Below are positions 9,107-19,429 of a DNA stretch of 64,000 nt, one piece after another. The notes under the pieces were generated by a model, which saw only the letters and a list, made by a program, of their open reading frames with translations, ran no database searches and was not told where the DNA came from. A program made the position numbers and the translations under genes. Origin of the DNA: Desulfobacterales bacterium (GTDB lineage: Bacteria > Desulfobacterota > Desulfobacteria > Desulfobacterales > ETH-SRB1); the NCBI GenBank assembly GCA_030610995.1, contig JAUWQO010000002.1:783-64782 (forward strand), given 5' to 3'. Positions within the stretch are counted from its first letter, which is position 1. Each line of letters starts with the position of its first letter.

Positions 9107-10386
9107 GACATATTCTTTAGAGTCTTTTTCCATGCCTGCCGAAAGCCGTAATTCTGTACGCCGTAAAATAGACTATTTCTATTGAAAGGGAAGAGTCTTG
9201 TCAGGATTGATCGATGTCCGTACAATCTCCTGTATGCCCAGTTAAAACCTTCCTGCAATTCTTCAGGGGTCATTTTTTTAGGCCTGAATACAACATGATT
9301 CATATCGTACTTTTCCCAGTTCGTATCGATTATCCTGTTTTCTCTCTGCAAAGTTTTGTAGATTCTCGTTCCCGGAAACGGGGTCAAAACTGAAAACAAA
9401 ACCGCTTCTATATGAGTTTTTTCGATAAAACGTATCACATCGGGAAAGACAGATGAATCATCATGATCCGCACCAAAAATGAATGATCCCTGGATGCCGA
9501 TCCCGTGGTCATGAAGTATCCTAATGGCATCCTTATATTCACTTACGCGGTTGGTTGATTTTCCCATTGCCCGCAGATTTTCCTGCGACAGGGATTCAAA
9601 TCCGATAAAAAGCCCCTTGCAGCCGCTCTTCTGAGCCAGATTCAGAAGTTCTCTGTCTTTAACAACACTCAGGGAGGCTTGGCTGAACCACTTGATTTTC
9701 AGGGGGATAAGCGCCCTGAAAAGTTCTTTTGCATAAGATGGCTTTCCCACAATATTGTCATCGACGAAAAAAAGGAATCCCTTTTCCATCTGACCGATTT
9801 CGCTGATGACATTTTCTACCGGCCTTACACGGTAAGTACGGCCGTAAAAGGAGGTAACAGAACAGAATTCACAGTCAAAGGGACACCCGCGAGTCGTTTG
9901 TACAGTATTTGTAAAGAAATATCCTTTCCTGTTTAAAAGGTTTCGTTTCGGGACAGCAAGCTTGTCGAGACTGCAGAAATTCGCGGATTTGTAAAAGTGT
10001 TGCAGGTTACCGCGTTTAAAGTCTGAAAGCACAAGGGGCCAGGTTTCTTCAGCCTCGCCAATGACCACCGAGTCTGCATGGGTTTTGGCTTCATCATTCA
10101 TCATGGTGGGATGAATGCCGCCTAATACAACGGACACCCCTTTCCCCCTGAAAGCGTCGGCAATTTCATATCCCCTTTTAGCCAGAGGTGTCATGATGGA
10201 AATTGCAACGAGATCCGGCAAATCAGAGAAATCGATAGCATCCACATTTTCATCAATGATGGAAATTTTCCACTCTTTACCGGTAAGAGCAGCCAGTATC
10301 GTAAGGGCAAGATAGGGAAAACGGAAGTAAATTTGTCCCCAGAGACTGTTTTCAGGCCATTTGGGTGCGACTATCAGGAGTTTCAT
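9103..10386 (-). CDS. B12-binding-domain radical SAM enzyme (class B), copy 1
   Basis: N-terminal Rossmann-like MKLLIVAPKWPE...GVSVVLGGIHPT and a CPFDCEFC (CxxxCxxC) cluster motif. Translationally coupled on both sides. Confidence 0.85.
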   Translation of the reverse strand: MKLLIVAPKWPENSLWGQIYFRFPYLALTILAALTGKEWKISIIDENVDAIDFSDLPDLVAISIMTPLAKRGYEIADAFRGKGVSVVLGGIHPTMMNDEAKTHADSVVIGEAEETWPLVLSDFKRGNLQHFYKSANFCSLDKLAVPKRNLLNRKGYFFTNTVQTTRGCPFDCEFCSVTSFYGRTYRVRPVENVISEIGQMEKGFLFFVDDNIVGKPSYAKELFRALIPLKIKWFSQASLSVVKDRELLNLAQKSGCKGLFIGFESLSQENLRAMGKSTNRVSEYKDAIRILHDHGIGIQGSFIFGADHDDSSVFPDVIRFIEKTHIEAVLFSVLTPFPGTRIYKTLQRENRIIDTNWEKYDMNHVVFRPKKMTPEELQEGFNWAYRRLYGHRSILTRLFPFNRNSLFYGVQNYGFRQAWKKTLKNMS

Positions 10387-11282
10387 TTCGCCACCATTTC
10401 AGTGACAGGATCAGGACAATACCACTGGTCGGGATGGCGGCGGATATATTTCTCAAATATTCGGGCTGTCTTGCCAAGATTTTCTTCGATGTCATCATCC
10501 AGGTTTCCTTCCGAAGAGATGGGTATGGCTTCTTCCAATACGCCGAAGTATCTGCCGTCCGGTTGTTTTAGAACAAACGAGGGGATGAGGGCCGCCCCTG
10601 ATTTCATGGCCATAATAACAGGTCCCACCGGGAAAATTACCTTCCTGCCGAAGAAGGTAACCGGCCGTCCCCGTCCGAAAAAATCCCTGTCACCACCCAT
10701 GGCTACAATTCCATTGTTGCGGAGGTATCGCATAATTTTGATGCCGGAGAAAGGCGACCCATGATCCATCTCAATCACACTTATTCCCTTGTCTTTTCTC
10801 AGGTGATTAACCAGGGCATTTGTGGCTGTAGAGTTGTGCGCCATGGCAACCATGGCCAGAGGGTAATTTAGAAGTCTTAACATACTCCCACCGATTTCCC
10901 AGTTACCCACATGGGCCGTCAGAAAAATTGCCCCCTTTCCTTTTTCGAGAGCCTTTTTAAGAATGTCTTCTCCCTTAATATAAGCAAAAAACTTTCTGAT
11001 TTTGTTGGGCGGGAGCTGGGGTATTAAGAAGAAATCCACCATATACTGCCCGTAGTTTATGTAAGTCCGGCGGACCGTTTTTCTAATAAAAGGATCATCC
11101 ACTGGTTTATCCAGGACCATGGAAAGATTACATGCTAATCCATTTCGGTCCCTGCGGGAAAACGCATGAACCAGTAACACCACGATTTTCCCCAGCCAGT
11201 GGCAAATCATAGTGGGCAGATACCGGACTAACAGGAAGATTGCATAATAGAAAATCGGACTGTCAAGTTTATGACTTCTCAT
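10383..11282 (-). CDS. LpxL/HtrB-family lysophospholipid or lipid A-type acyltransferase
   Basis: N-terminal TM segment and the HVGNWE motif (FLTAHVGNWEIGG) typical of this family. Confidence 0.75.
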   Translation of the reverse strand: MRSHKLDSPIFYYAIFLLVRYLPTMICHWLGKIVVLLVHAFSRRDRNGLACNLSMVLDKPVDDPFIRKTVRRTYINYGQYMVDFFLIPQLPPNKIRKFFAYIKGEDILKKALEKGKGAIFLTAHVGNWEIGGSMLRLLNYPLAMVAMAHNSTATNALVNHLRKDKGISVIEMDHGSPFSGIKIMRYLRNNGIVAMGGDRDFFGRGRPVTFFGRKVIFPVGPVIMAMKSGAALIPSFVLKQPDGRYFGVLEEAIPISSEGNLDDDIEENLGKTARIFEKYIRRHPDQWYCPDPVTEMVAK

Positions 11283-12068
11283 TTATTCCTTCCGCGCCGC
11301 ATATTCTGTTTGTATTAATGCACCATACTTCAGGTCAAGATTTTTCTCTATAGCGGATTTTACAGCGGCCGTCAGTTCTTCCTTGTTGTTCTCGTCAAAT
11401 GCACACGGATCAATCGCATTACCTACTATAATCTCCATCTTTACTGGCATCAGCGCCAGGGTGCCTTTAGGCAGTGCGAAACGGCCCCCGTTTACGGTTA
11501 CCGGTAAAATGTGGACACCTGATCTAATGGCCATGGTTGCCCCACCCAGGCGGAATCTCTGCAGGCTGCCATTTTTGCTTCTTGTTCCCTCGGGGAAAAT
11601 AATAATAGAAGTTCCTTTTTTAATTTTTTGAGCGGCCGCTTCCAGGCCCATATATGCATTTTTTCGATTATGTCTGTTGATGTATATGTGTCCCATTTTT
11701 TCAAGGGCGTAGCCAAAGACAGGAACTTTTCTTATCTCCTTCTTGACAATCCATCGTATCTGAAGGGGCAGTTTCCCTATCAGAGCCCAGACGTCAAACA
11801 AACTCTGATGATTTGACATGACTATGTAATTACTGCCTTTATCTATCTTTTCCATGCCTCTGATCTTCACCCTCGTACCGGCAAGGAAAATGTTGAGCAG
11901 AGACCAGAACCTGCCTATGTAATGGACTATGTTTCCATTCCTGTCGAACGGGGAAATCATGATGACAATCAGGCCTAATACGAAAGTATTAAATATGAAG
12001 AAAATCAAGTAAAAAGGACGTGTCAAGGGATACACAACCCAGTAAAAAATGACCTTCAAGATTTCCAT
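11283..12068 (-). CDS. PlsC-family 1-acylglycerol-3-phosphate-type O-acyltransferase
   Basis: NHQSLFD (HX4D) and FPEGTRS motifs; N-terminal TM helices. Confidence 0.85.
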   Translation of the reverse strand: MEILKVIFYWVVYPLTRPFYLIFFIFNTFVLGLIVIMISPFDRNGNIVHYIGRFWSLLNIFLAGTRVKIRGMEKIDKGSNYIVMSNHQSLFDVWALIGKLPLQIRWIVKKEIRKVPVFGYALEKMGHIYINRHNRKNAYMGLEAAAQKIKKGTSIIIFPEGTRSKNGSLQRFRLGGATMAIRSGVHILPVTVNGGRFALPKGTLALMPVKMEIIVGNAIDPCAFDENNKEELTAAVKSAIEKNLDLKYGALIQTEYAARKE

Positions 12069-12191
12069 TTCCGATCCTCATGTTTCCATAAAAAAACTTT
12101 ACAACACATTCTTAATTGTGTTTAATTTCGCTTCCATTTGAAGATTATGCCTGATTTTTATCAAGCGATTTATTATAGATAACATAAAAAA

Positions 12192-12815
12192 ATGTCAAAC
12201 TCAAATTGCAAGACATATCTCGATCTTAAGCAACGAAACGGTAATGTATTGTTGAGCAAGTTTCCTCGAAGGAAACCCGCCCGTGTTTATCTTTCAATCT
12301 GTGTCCTTATCCTGTGTTTGTTCGGATGTTCCACGAAATATACTGTCAAATCTCCCGAATATGATGTTTATGGAGGAGAGGTCAATCAGCATACCCGCTT
12401 GATTCAGGCAGAAAGGAGCAGGATATTTCAGATTCTGACACAGGAAGAAATGCTCAAAAAGATATGCCCGAAAGGGACCATCGTAACTTATGAACCCCCG
12501 TTGCCCTATCAGGCGGGGATGCTGGTCAGGACGAAAATAGATCATATTTTTAAGCTGGAGTGGCGCTCACGGGTAGAGGAAGTAATTACCGACACTAAAA
12601 TCAGGCTTCAGTTCCTGGACGGTTTTTTTGCCGGAGGAACGGAAATCTGGGAATTTGAAAGTATTGGTGAAAGTACTCGAATCACTCAGACGATTATTGT
12701 GAAACCGAAAGGTTTTGTCAGAAAAATGTTCTGGGGTTTAAAGGTCAGGCTTAAACACAATAAAATGGTTGAAACTTTTCTTGACAATTTGCAGAGGGTT
12801 TCCGAAAAGAATTGA
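12192..12815 (+). CDS. SRPBCC (START/polyketide-cyclase-like) lipoprotein
   Basis: Lipobox LCLFGC. The C-terminal 150 aa have an SRPBCC-like pattern (RSRIFQIL...EWRSRVEEV...TEIWEFESIGESTRITQTIIVKPKG). Confidence 0.5.
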   Translation: MSNSNCKTYLDLKQRNGNVLLSKFPRRKPARVYLSICVLILCLFGCSTKYTVKSPEYDVYGGEVNQHTRLIQAERSRIFQILTQEEMLKKICPKGTIVTYEPPLPYQAGMLVRTKIDHIFKLEWRSRVEEVITDTKIRLQFLDGFFAGGTEIWEFESIGESTRITQTIIVKPKGFVRKMFWGLKVRLKHNKMVETFLDNLQRVSEKN

Positions 12816-12846
12816 CCATAATGGTCATAATGGATTGATTGTTCCC

Positions 12847-13728
12847 ATGCAAAAATTAAGTAGCTGCATTCTTTGCAAGGCTTCAAAATTTCGCATTATC
12901 CTACAGAAAGATCAGTGGAAATATTGCCGCTGTCTCAACTGCGGCCTCGTGTCTCTTCATCCACGTCCAACAGTACAGGAATTAATGAAAAATTATGAAG
13001 ACTATCTGCCCACCCCGTCGGAAGAAATAGACAAGTGGGAAAAGATGGTGAAACAGATTATCGATAAATCTGCTGATTTGATCGAGTCCCGAATCAATCC
13101 AGGCAGAGGAAAGTTGCTGGATGTTGGCTGTGGATACGGCTTTTTTCTAAAGGAAATGAAGCTTCGGGGGTGGGATGTAGAAGGGGTGGAGGTATCACAA
13201 ACGGGCAGACAATATTCACAGGACAAATGGAATATCCATGTGTATTCTCAACCACTGGAAGATCTCGACATTCCTGAAAACTCATTTGATGTCGTTACAC
13301 TGTTTTATCTCATTGAGCATGTAAACGATCCCCTGGTGTTACTGAGGGAAGTTAACAGGATTCTCAAACCCGGTGGACTTATTCTCCTTCGCTGGCCTCA
13401 CACGACTCCGATAGTCAGGATACTGGGCCCTCTCAGCAGGAAACTGGATCTTTATCATACACCCTATCATCTCTATGATTTTTCACCAGAGACGATGAAG
13501 ATGCTTCTGGCGATTACTGATTTTAAGAATGTTGAAACAATAATCGGAGGCTATACCCTTCCACCCCGTGAAATATATCAATTGGCATCAATGATTTTCG
13601 GTGGACTGGGCGAAGCCGTGTATTTTTTATCAGGAAGAAATATTTTATTGCCAGGGGTGAGCAAGACAACACTGGCTTTTAAAGTATTGTGTGCGAACAA
13701 CTTTTGCATAAATGGAGTAAGCTGGTGA
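12847..13728 (+). CDS. class I SAM-dependent methyltransferase with N-terminal 4-Cys zinc ribbon
   Basis: Start moved to MQKLSS. CILC...CLNC, then the LLDVGCGYGFF SAM motif. Confidence 0.8.
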   Translation: MQKLSSCILCKASKFRIILQKDQWKYCRCLNCGLVSLHPRPTVQELMKNYEDYLPTPSEEIDKWEKMVKQIIDKSADLIESRINPGRGKLLDVGCGYGFFLKEMKLRGWDVEGVEVSQTGRQYSQDKWNIHVYSQPLEDLDIPENSFDVVTLFYLIEHVNDPLVLLREVNRILKPGGLILLRWPHTTPIVRILGPLSRKLDLYHTPYHLYDFSPETMKMLLAITDFKNVETIIGGYTLPPREIYQLASMIFGGLGEAVYFLSGRNILLPGVSKTTLAFKVLCANNFCINGVSW

Positions 13729-15398
13729 TGGCCCATTTCTTGTTGAAAAAGCCGGCTCTGTCGGTTTTTACTGTACTGATATTGTTGATGCTGACGGTCA
13801 GGATGGTGAATGCCGGCGATACAGGCCCCAAGGTGATCATCATCGAATTCCATGGGCTGAAACGAGGCATTATCGAAAACAACCTGGAGGAATTGCCGCA
13901 TTTCCAAGAACTTATCAATGGTTCTCAAAATAAGCAGTCGCATGTCTACCTCCCTGAAGTTTTCACTACCATCCCCGGTGGGTCCGTGCCGGATACAACT
14001 TCTATGTACACCGGGCTTTACCCCGGGCAAACCGGAGTTGTTTCCACCATCTGGTTTGATCGAAGCACCGCCAGAATACACACAATGATTTCCTATTTTC
14101 AGCAAAGGATCAATCGCATTCTGGAATCCAGGGGAGTCAAAACACTCTTCGACTATGTCGGGGAGGCGGACAAACATTCCATGACCAGCATGCTCATGGT
14201 AAACAAGGGGGCAGACTGGTCATTGAAATCCGGTGCATTCTTCTGGGGAAACGCCTCACTGCTGGGTTTCCTCCGTAACGGATGCTGGTTCCCTGATAGC
14301 AGTTATATCGATGACAGGACACTCAGCGCCTTTCTCACAGGCCATGTATTGTCATATAGAAAAAGTCTGTCCGGAGTCCTCGAGTATCGGCACATGATTC
14401 CTGATCTCATGGTAGTGGAATTGCTCGGGACAGACCTGTTTTCCCACTTTCCGACCCGGGATTTAGTGAAGCAAAATGCTTCTATAGATGAGGTACAGAA
14501 GTATTATACTAAAAATGTCCTGGATCCGCTGGTAGGCAGGTTGATCCGGTTTTTGAAGGAGACGGGGTGTTATGAGGATATCATTTTCTTTCTGATTTCA
14601 GATCATGGCTTCTCGAAAATTAATAAACATATTAGAGATGATACAGTCAATGGCAGTCTCCGCGGGCAGTTTAAACTGCCAGGATTGGAAACGGACAATC
14701 GTCAGGCTGAGGCGGTCATTATGCCGGGGGCCTGCACCAAGGAAATTTACCTCAAAAATCGCCAAACCCGAAATTGGATGGATCCCCCCGGATTGTTAGC
14801 TGATGTCAAGCCGGCAGTTGATCTGCTACTCGTAAATGTGGATATTCTGGAGTGCATAAATACAATGGTAATACGCCAGTATCCCGGTGAGCGATATGAT
14901 GGATTGGAGGAAAAGGATCAGTGGTGGGCTTTCGACTGGCGCACCTATCAAGCAGACGTCAAAGACGACGCTGCATTTCTACGGGCATTGCAACCCTTGA
15001 GTATGCTGGAAAAAAGTTTTGAATTGAAGAAATATGTAGTGCAGGGCCTGAGAAAGCAATACACGAAAGAAACGGCCCCCGACATCAAGCTGATCAATAA
15101 AGAAGGGTTTTACTTCGAACGTAATTTCGACAAGTACGGTCACCATGGCAGTTACTATCCGGATGATTCCATTGTTTCATTCTGGATAGCCGGTCCCGGA
15201 CTGGCTCGCATACTTCCCGGCCGTCATCTCCTTAACAGCCCTGCTTCAACTCTGGATCTGGTTCCGATGGTAACTTACATCCTTGGGATACCGTTGCCCA
15301 AAGGTCTTGATGGAGAGAATCCACTGGTAAGCATTCAGGCCAAACCTGCAGAATTCGGAGCGGTGCCAGCCGATTCAACCGGCAATGATGCCTATTGA
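13728..15398 (+). CDS. alkaline-phosphatase-superfamily enzyme (nucleotide pyrophosphatase/phosphodiesterase-like), secreted
   Basis: ATG at 13728 overlaps the methyltransferase TGA. Signal peptide; PDTTSMYTGLYPGQTGVVS and LISDHGF motifs. Confidence 0.65.
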   Translation: MAHFLLKKPALSVFTVLILLMLTVRMVNAGDTGPKVIIIEFHGLKRGIIENNLEELPHFQELINGSQNKQSHVYLPEVFTTIPGGSVPDTTSMYTGLYPGQTGVVSTIWFDRSTARIHTMISYFQQRINRILESRGVKTLFDYVGEADKHSMTSMLMVNKGADWSLKSGAFFWGNASLLGFLRNGCWFPDSSYIDDRTLSAFLTGHVLSYRKSLSGVLEYRHMIPDLMVVELLGTDLFSHFPTRDLVKQNASIDEVQKYYTKNVLDPLVGRLIRFLKETGCYEDIIFFLISDHGFSKINKHIRDDTVNGSLRGQFKLPGLETDNRQAEAVIMPGACTKEIYLKNRQTRNWMDPPGLLADVKPAVDLLLVNVDILECINTMVIRQYPGERYDGLEEKDQWWAFDWRTYQADVKDDAAFLRALQPLSMLEKSFELKKYVVQGLRKQYTKETAPDIKLINKEGFYFERNFDKYGHHGSYYPDDSIVSFWIAGPGLARILPGRHLLNSPASTLDLVPMVTYILGIPLPKGLDGENPLVSIQAKPAEFGAVPADSTGNDAY

Positions 15399-15416
15399 CA
15401 CTTGCGCTTGATACCA

Positions 15417-17951
15417 TTAGCAAGAATTTTCTTCCCGTCTATGGATCATAGTAAAAATTGCAGGCAGAACGACAATCGAAGCGATCAGGCATGAACTGAC
15501 GCCGATGATAGCCACGTATCCCATACTTTGCAATCCCGGGTAGTGGGCCAGGGCAATAGATCCAAAACCCGCCATAGTAGTCAGAGAGGTCAAAACAACA
15601 GCTCGACCTGTTCCACTCATTTCTTCCGGAATCTCTAAATGACCGGATTGACGGAACGTGTTGGTCAGATGAATCCCGTCATCTATGCCAATTCCGACGA
15701 TCATGGGCAGGACTATTATGTTGAAAAAATTAAAATCCAAACGAAAAATTACCATAATGCCTGTTAAAGTGGCCAGACTGATCATAAGGGGGCATACGCA
15801 GAGCAAAAGTAATTTCAGACTTCGGTAATAAATAAAAAGCACTGTGATAATACACAAACATGCCAACCACAGGGCCGATCCAAGATTGTTGATAATAAGT
15901 TTCTTTAGATCTCCTGTGAGCAGATTCGGACCGGTCAAGGTATAGCTGTCTCTATTAATTCCTTTTTCGTCTAATTCCCGGATGATCATTTCTTTAAATC
16001 GTGTTGTGTCGGCACGTGACCAGAGATCATTCGAGGGAGCGATATAGGTAATTGTTTTAAAATTATTACCCTTTCGAAAGACAAACAAATTTAAGATCTT
16101 CCCGAACTCTTTTCCCCGGAGGGATGATGGGAAAAAGAGTTTTTCTGCTGAGAAGGCCCGGGAGAGGCTTTCAAAATATTCGTCGTACAGATCCAGTTTC
16201 TCAAATCCGTTTTCTTCCAGTGCCGTATTAAATGCCTTTTTGATACGTTTTATATCAAAATCATCGGGATGCTGTCGGATGAATTTTATATTTTTCCTCT
16301 GCTGACTGGGTGAAAGCAGGTATTGGCTTATAGATTTAATGCCTGCGATAATGCCGGAGTTTTTCAGTTCCTTCAGGGTTTCATATATTGAGGTATTGAT
16401 TTCCATGACCTCTGCCTCTGATTTGCCCTGTACTATAAGAAAGGTATTGGCCATGGAACCTCCAAGCCAGCGAGTTACCTTGTCCTGCAGACGGAAGGTT
16501 TCGCTATCGGCGGGACGAAAATTCCTGAGGTTGTCATCAAAATTGATTTTAGTTCCAAGAATGGCCAGTAGGCAAACAATTATAAGTGAGGTTATGATAA
16601 TAACCCCAGGATATTTCCGGAGGTACTTCATGAGGGACATTAGCCCGAAACCGCTGATTGTAATTTTTCTTTTCGAAATTTTTTTGTCTGAGAAAAAGAC
16701 AAGAAGGCATGGAAGAACAAGAGACATGACCACAAGGCAAAATAAAATCCCTGTGCCGGTCACGATGCCAAGTTCTTTAAATCCCCTGAAGTCTGAAATA
16801 GCGATAGAATAAAAAGCGACTGCCGTGGTAATCCCGCCTATTACAATTCCCATTCCGGCTTCCTGAAAAGTTTGCTGCAGTCGGTGTGGTATGTCAAGAT
16901 CTACTTTGTCTTCACCAAAGTAACGGTTGACGATGTGGAGGGCAAAATCAATTCCCAGGCCCATCAGAACACATGAGAAAACGCAGGTAAGGATATTGAG
17001 GCGATGAAAGGCGACGTTGGCGAAGCCTAGTGTCCACAAAAGGCTTATGACCAGAGATACACCGACATAAAAAAGGACTCTCCATGTCCTGAACGACATG
17101 CCAAAGAGAAACATTATACTTAAAAAGGAAGTCAGCAGGGTAACCTTGATATCTCTTTTGGTTGTGGCTTCATCACTGACAGCGATCGGATATCCGCCAG
17201 TGTAAGATATCTTGATGTTCCCCGGCATGTCGTCAAATTGATTGGAGAATTCAGATAAAGAAATATTTTCAAGATGACGAACTTCCACCATTAATTTTTT
17301 GCTGAAGGTAATATCCTGGGGTGGCTTTTCAGGCTTAATAAAGAGGAGATAGGTTTTTCCTTCGCCGGCTTGATAATACCCTTTATATGGCCTGAGCGGC
17401 TGTTTTCCCGCGGGAACGGTTATGTTTTCCTTCAATAATTTTCTGAGTCCCAGTGGGTCGATATAAACAAGCTCTTTCGCTGCAATACCAAACGGTGTCA
17501 TCAAGAGAGTCTTATTTTCAATGACCTGTTTGTGAATTTCGTTATCGGATAATATATGGGTCAATTTCTCAAGGTCTTCTGCCTTCAAAAAGAGAGGAAA
17601 ATATTCAATGAATGTCTGAAATAAAGAGGATAGTTGTTTCTCTTCGCTTTTATATTCCACATCATGGATCAATTGACTCCCGGCAAAGTTTTCTGCCAGG
17701 ATATCAACAAAAGATTCGGATTTCGTTCGGTCATAACCCGGCGGGATCTCAACCAGAGCAATTAAAAGCGAATGACTTCCGATTTCTTCGGTAATCTCGA
17801 AGAAATTATGGACTTCTGTATTGTTTGAAGGGAGGAGAGAAAAAAAGTTAAGATCGAGCTTTAGTTGGGCAGCAAGAATAATTGCGATCAGGGTCAGGAA
17901 GGCAGTAAGGATTAAGATATGTTTGTGGAAACGATATATGATTTGATGCAA
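15417..17951 (-). CDS. MMPL/RND-superfamily predicted exporter
   Basis: 844 aa with two blocks of about six TM helices separated by large soluble loops, the architecture of the predicted exporters found in aryl-polyene-type clusters. Confidence 0.7.
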   Translation of the reverse strand: MHQIIYRFHKHILILTAFLTLIAIILAAQLKLDLNFFSLLPSNNTEVHNFFEITEEIGSHSLLIALVEIPPGYDRTKSESFVDILAENFAGSQLIHDVEYKSEEKQLSSLFQTFIEYFPLFLKAEDLEKLTHILSDNEIHKQVIENKTLLMTPFGIAAKELVYIDPLGLRKLLKENITVPAGKQPLRPYKGYYQAGEGKTYLLFIKPEKPPQDITFSKKLMVEVRHLENISLSEFSNQFDDMPGNIKISYTGGYPIAVSDEATTKRDIKVTLLTSFLSIMFLFGMSFRTWRVLFYVGVSLVISLLWTLGFANVAFHRLNILTCVFSCVLMGLGIDFALHIVNRYFGEDKVDLDIPHRLQQTFQEAGMGIVIGGITTAVAFYSIAISDFRGFKELGIVTGTGILFCLVVMSLVLPCLLVFFSDKKISKRKITISGFGLMSLMKYLRKYPGVIIITSLIIVCLLAILGTKINFDDNLRNFRPADSETFRLQDKVTRWLGGSMANTFLIVQGKSEAEVMEINTSIYETLKELKNSGIIAGIKSISQYLLSPSQQRKNIKFIRQHPDDFDIKRIKKAFNTALEENGFEKLDLYDEYFESLSRAFSAEKLFFPSSLRGKEFGKILNLFVFRKGNNFKTITYIAPSNDLWSRADTTRFKEMIIRELDEKGINRDSYTLTGPNLLTGDLKKLIINNLGSALWLACLCIITVLFIYYRSLKLLLLCVCPLMISLATLTGIMVIFRLDFNFFNIIVLPMIVGIGIDDGIHLTNTFRQSGHLEIPEEMSGTGRAVVLTSLTTMAGFGSIALAHYPGLQSMGYVAIIGVSSCLIASIVVLPAIFTMIHRREENSC

Positions 17952-18054
17952 TGGGAATAACCCCTTGAGCCAGTTTCATGTTAGCTGAAAATACTTTTTC
18001 CGTAAAGCGTTGGCAATATCGGCGTATTTTTGGCATATTCATCTGTTTTATGAG

Positions 18055-18558
18055 TCAGCCGTTCATAAACAGAGTCCATAATTTTAGGATTCCCTCTCCC
18101 AGCCCTAAAAGAAAAGCACATCCCAATATGCTTCCCCCAATCAGAAGCGGATAACCGGTGAGCTTGGAAAATTTCAAGAGTCTCGACAAAAGCACTCCGC
18201 TCCACATGCCGCAACCTTTAAGTGGCAGCGTGGTAATAGCTACAACTCCGGGTGCTCCCATGACCTGCATCCAGCGAAAGAGTTTTGATTTGCTGAGGTT
18301 CTTTCCCTTTTTTATAGTTCTTTCAGAAAACTTTCGTGCCAATAAGCTGTCAGATATTGTGCCGTACAGATGATAGAATAACGGGATCTGAAGCGTATCA
18401 AGCAGAACCACTACGGGCAACAAAAAAGAAGCCTTATATCCCAGAAATTGAGCGCTCAGGATAGCAACAGACCTGCCTCCCACTATATAGAGCGGGATAA
18501 AATATATCACAAAATGTTCTGCAAGATTGTTTTTTAAGAATATTACAAGATCGATCAT
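18055..18558 (-). CDS. small polytopic membrane protein, family uncertain
   Basis: 167 aa with about four hydrophobic helices. Same strand as, and just upstream of, the exporter gene. Confidence 0.4.
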   Translation of the reverse strand: MIDLVIFLKNNLAEHFVIYFIPLYIVGGRSVAILSAQFLGYKASFLLPVVVLLDTLQIPLFYHLYGTISDSLLARKFSERTIKKGKNLSKSKLFRWMQVMGAPGVVAITTLPLKGCGMWSGVLLSRLLKFSKLTGYPLLIGGSILGCAFLLGLGEGILKLWTLFMNG

Positions 18559-18592
18559 AAATTAAGTTATTATTTATACCTGTGAAACATGT

Positions 18593-19429
18593 TTAATGCA
18601 AATTTTTCTTTTTCAAGACGTTTGAAACAGATGTAAAGTTAAAATCATTGAGTAGGCGCCCAAGCCTTTTTTCTGTCCTTTCAACCCGTGCATCAAGAAC
18701 AAACCTTTTAACAAAAGGAAGCCTTATGCGGGGATTGTTCCTGTCAAATTCCCGGGGGTGAAGGAAGATAACAGCAGGTTGACTCTGTCTGTTCAGCTCT
18801 CGTATGGTAGAACGAATAAGATTATAAGGGAAAACCCGCAATCCCCATCCACCGCCCAAGGGGAGATTGACGAGAGGAGTGCTGCCGACCATGGGTGGAA
18901 ATTCCCATAAGCGACCTTCATCGAGTGTCAACCTGTGCGGTATTCTGGAATAATTCTGGTTGCCGATTATGGGTAGAGGTGTCATGCTCGAATCATATTC
19001 AAAACCCTCCTGTCGCAGGATATCAAGAGCCCATAGCGAATCATCTCGGATTGACCACTCAGGTGCTCTATACCCCTTAACAGGTTGGCCGGTTATCTGT
19101 GTAATTATGCTTACGGCTTTTATAAGATCCTGCCGGAACATGTCCGGTGTCATGGTATAGACCTGCCTGTGGGAGTATCCGTGTGTGGCGATTTCGTGGC
19201 CTGCTTTTTCGATTTCCTCAATTAGATCCGGATGTCTTTCAGCGACAAAACCGAGAACAAAAAATGTTGCTTGAACCTTTTTATGAGACAGAATGTCCAG
19301 TATCTTAAATGTATTTGCCGTTACCCGGCTTTCCATATCCGGCCAGCTTGCTTCAGGTATAAATTTTTCTACCCCGCAGATATGAAACCAGTCTTCCAGG
19401 TCTATGGTCAGGATATTTTCAACGGTCAT
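18593..19429 (-). CDS. NodB-type polysaccharide deacetylase (DUF3473-type)
   Basis: ILTIDLEDWFH N-terminus and a HEIATHGYSH metal-binding motif. 4-nt overlap with the ATP-grasp gene. Confidence 0.75.
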   Translation of the reverse strand: MTVENILTIDLEDWFHICGVEKFIPEASWPDMESRVTANTFKILDILSHKKVQATFFVLGFVAERHPDLIEEIEKAGHEIATHGYSHRQVYTMTPDMFRQDLIKAVSIITQITGQPVKGYRAPEWSIRDDSLWALDILRQEGFEYDSSMTPLPIIGNQNYSRIPHRLTLDEGRLWEFPPMVGSTPLVNLPLGGGWGLRVFPYNLIRSTIRELNRQSQPAVIFLHPREFDRNNPRIRLPFVKRFVLDARVERTEKRLGRLLNDFNFTSVSNVLKKKNLH

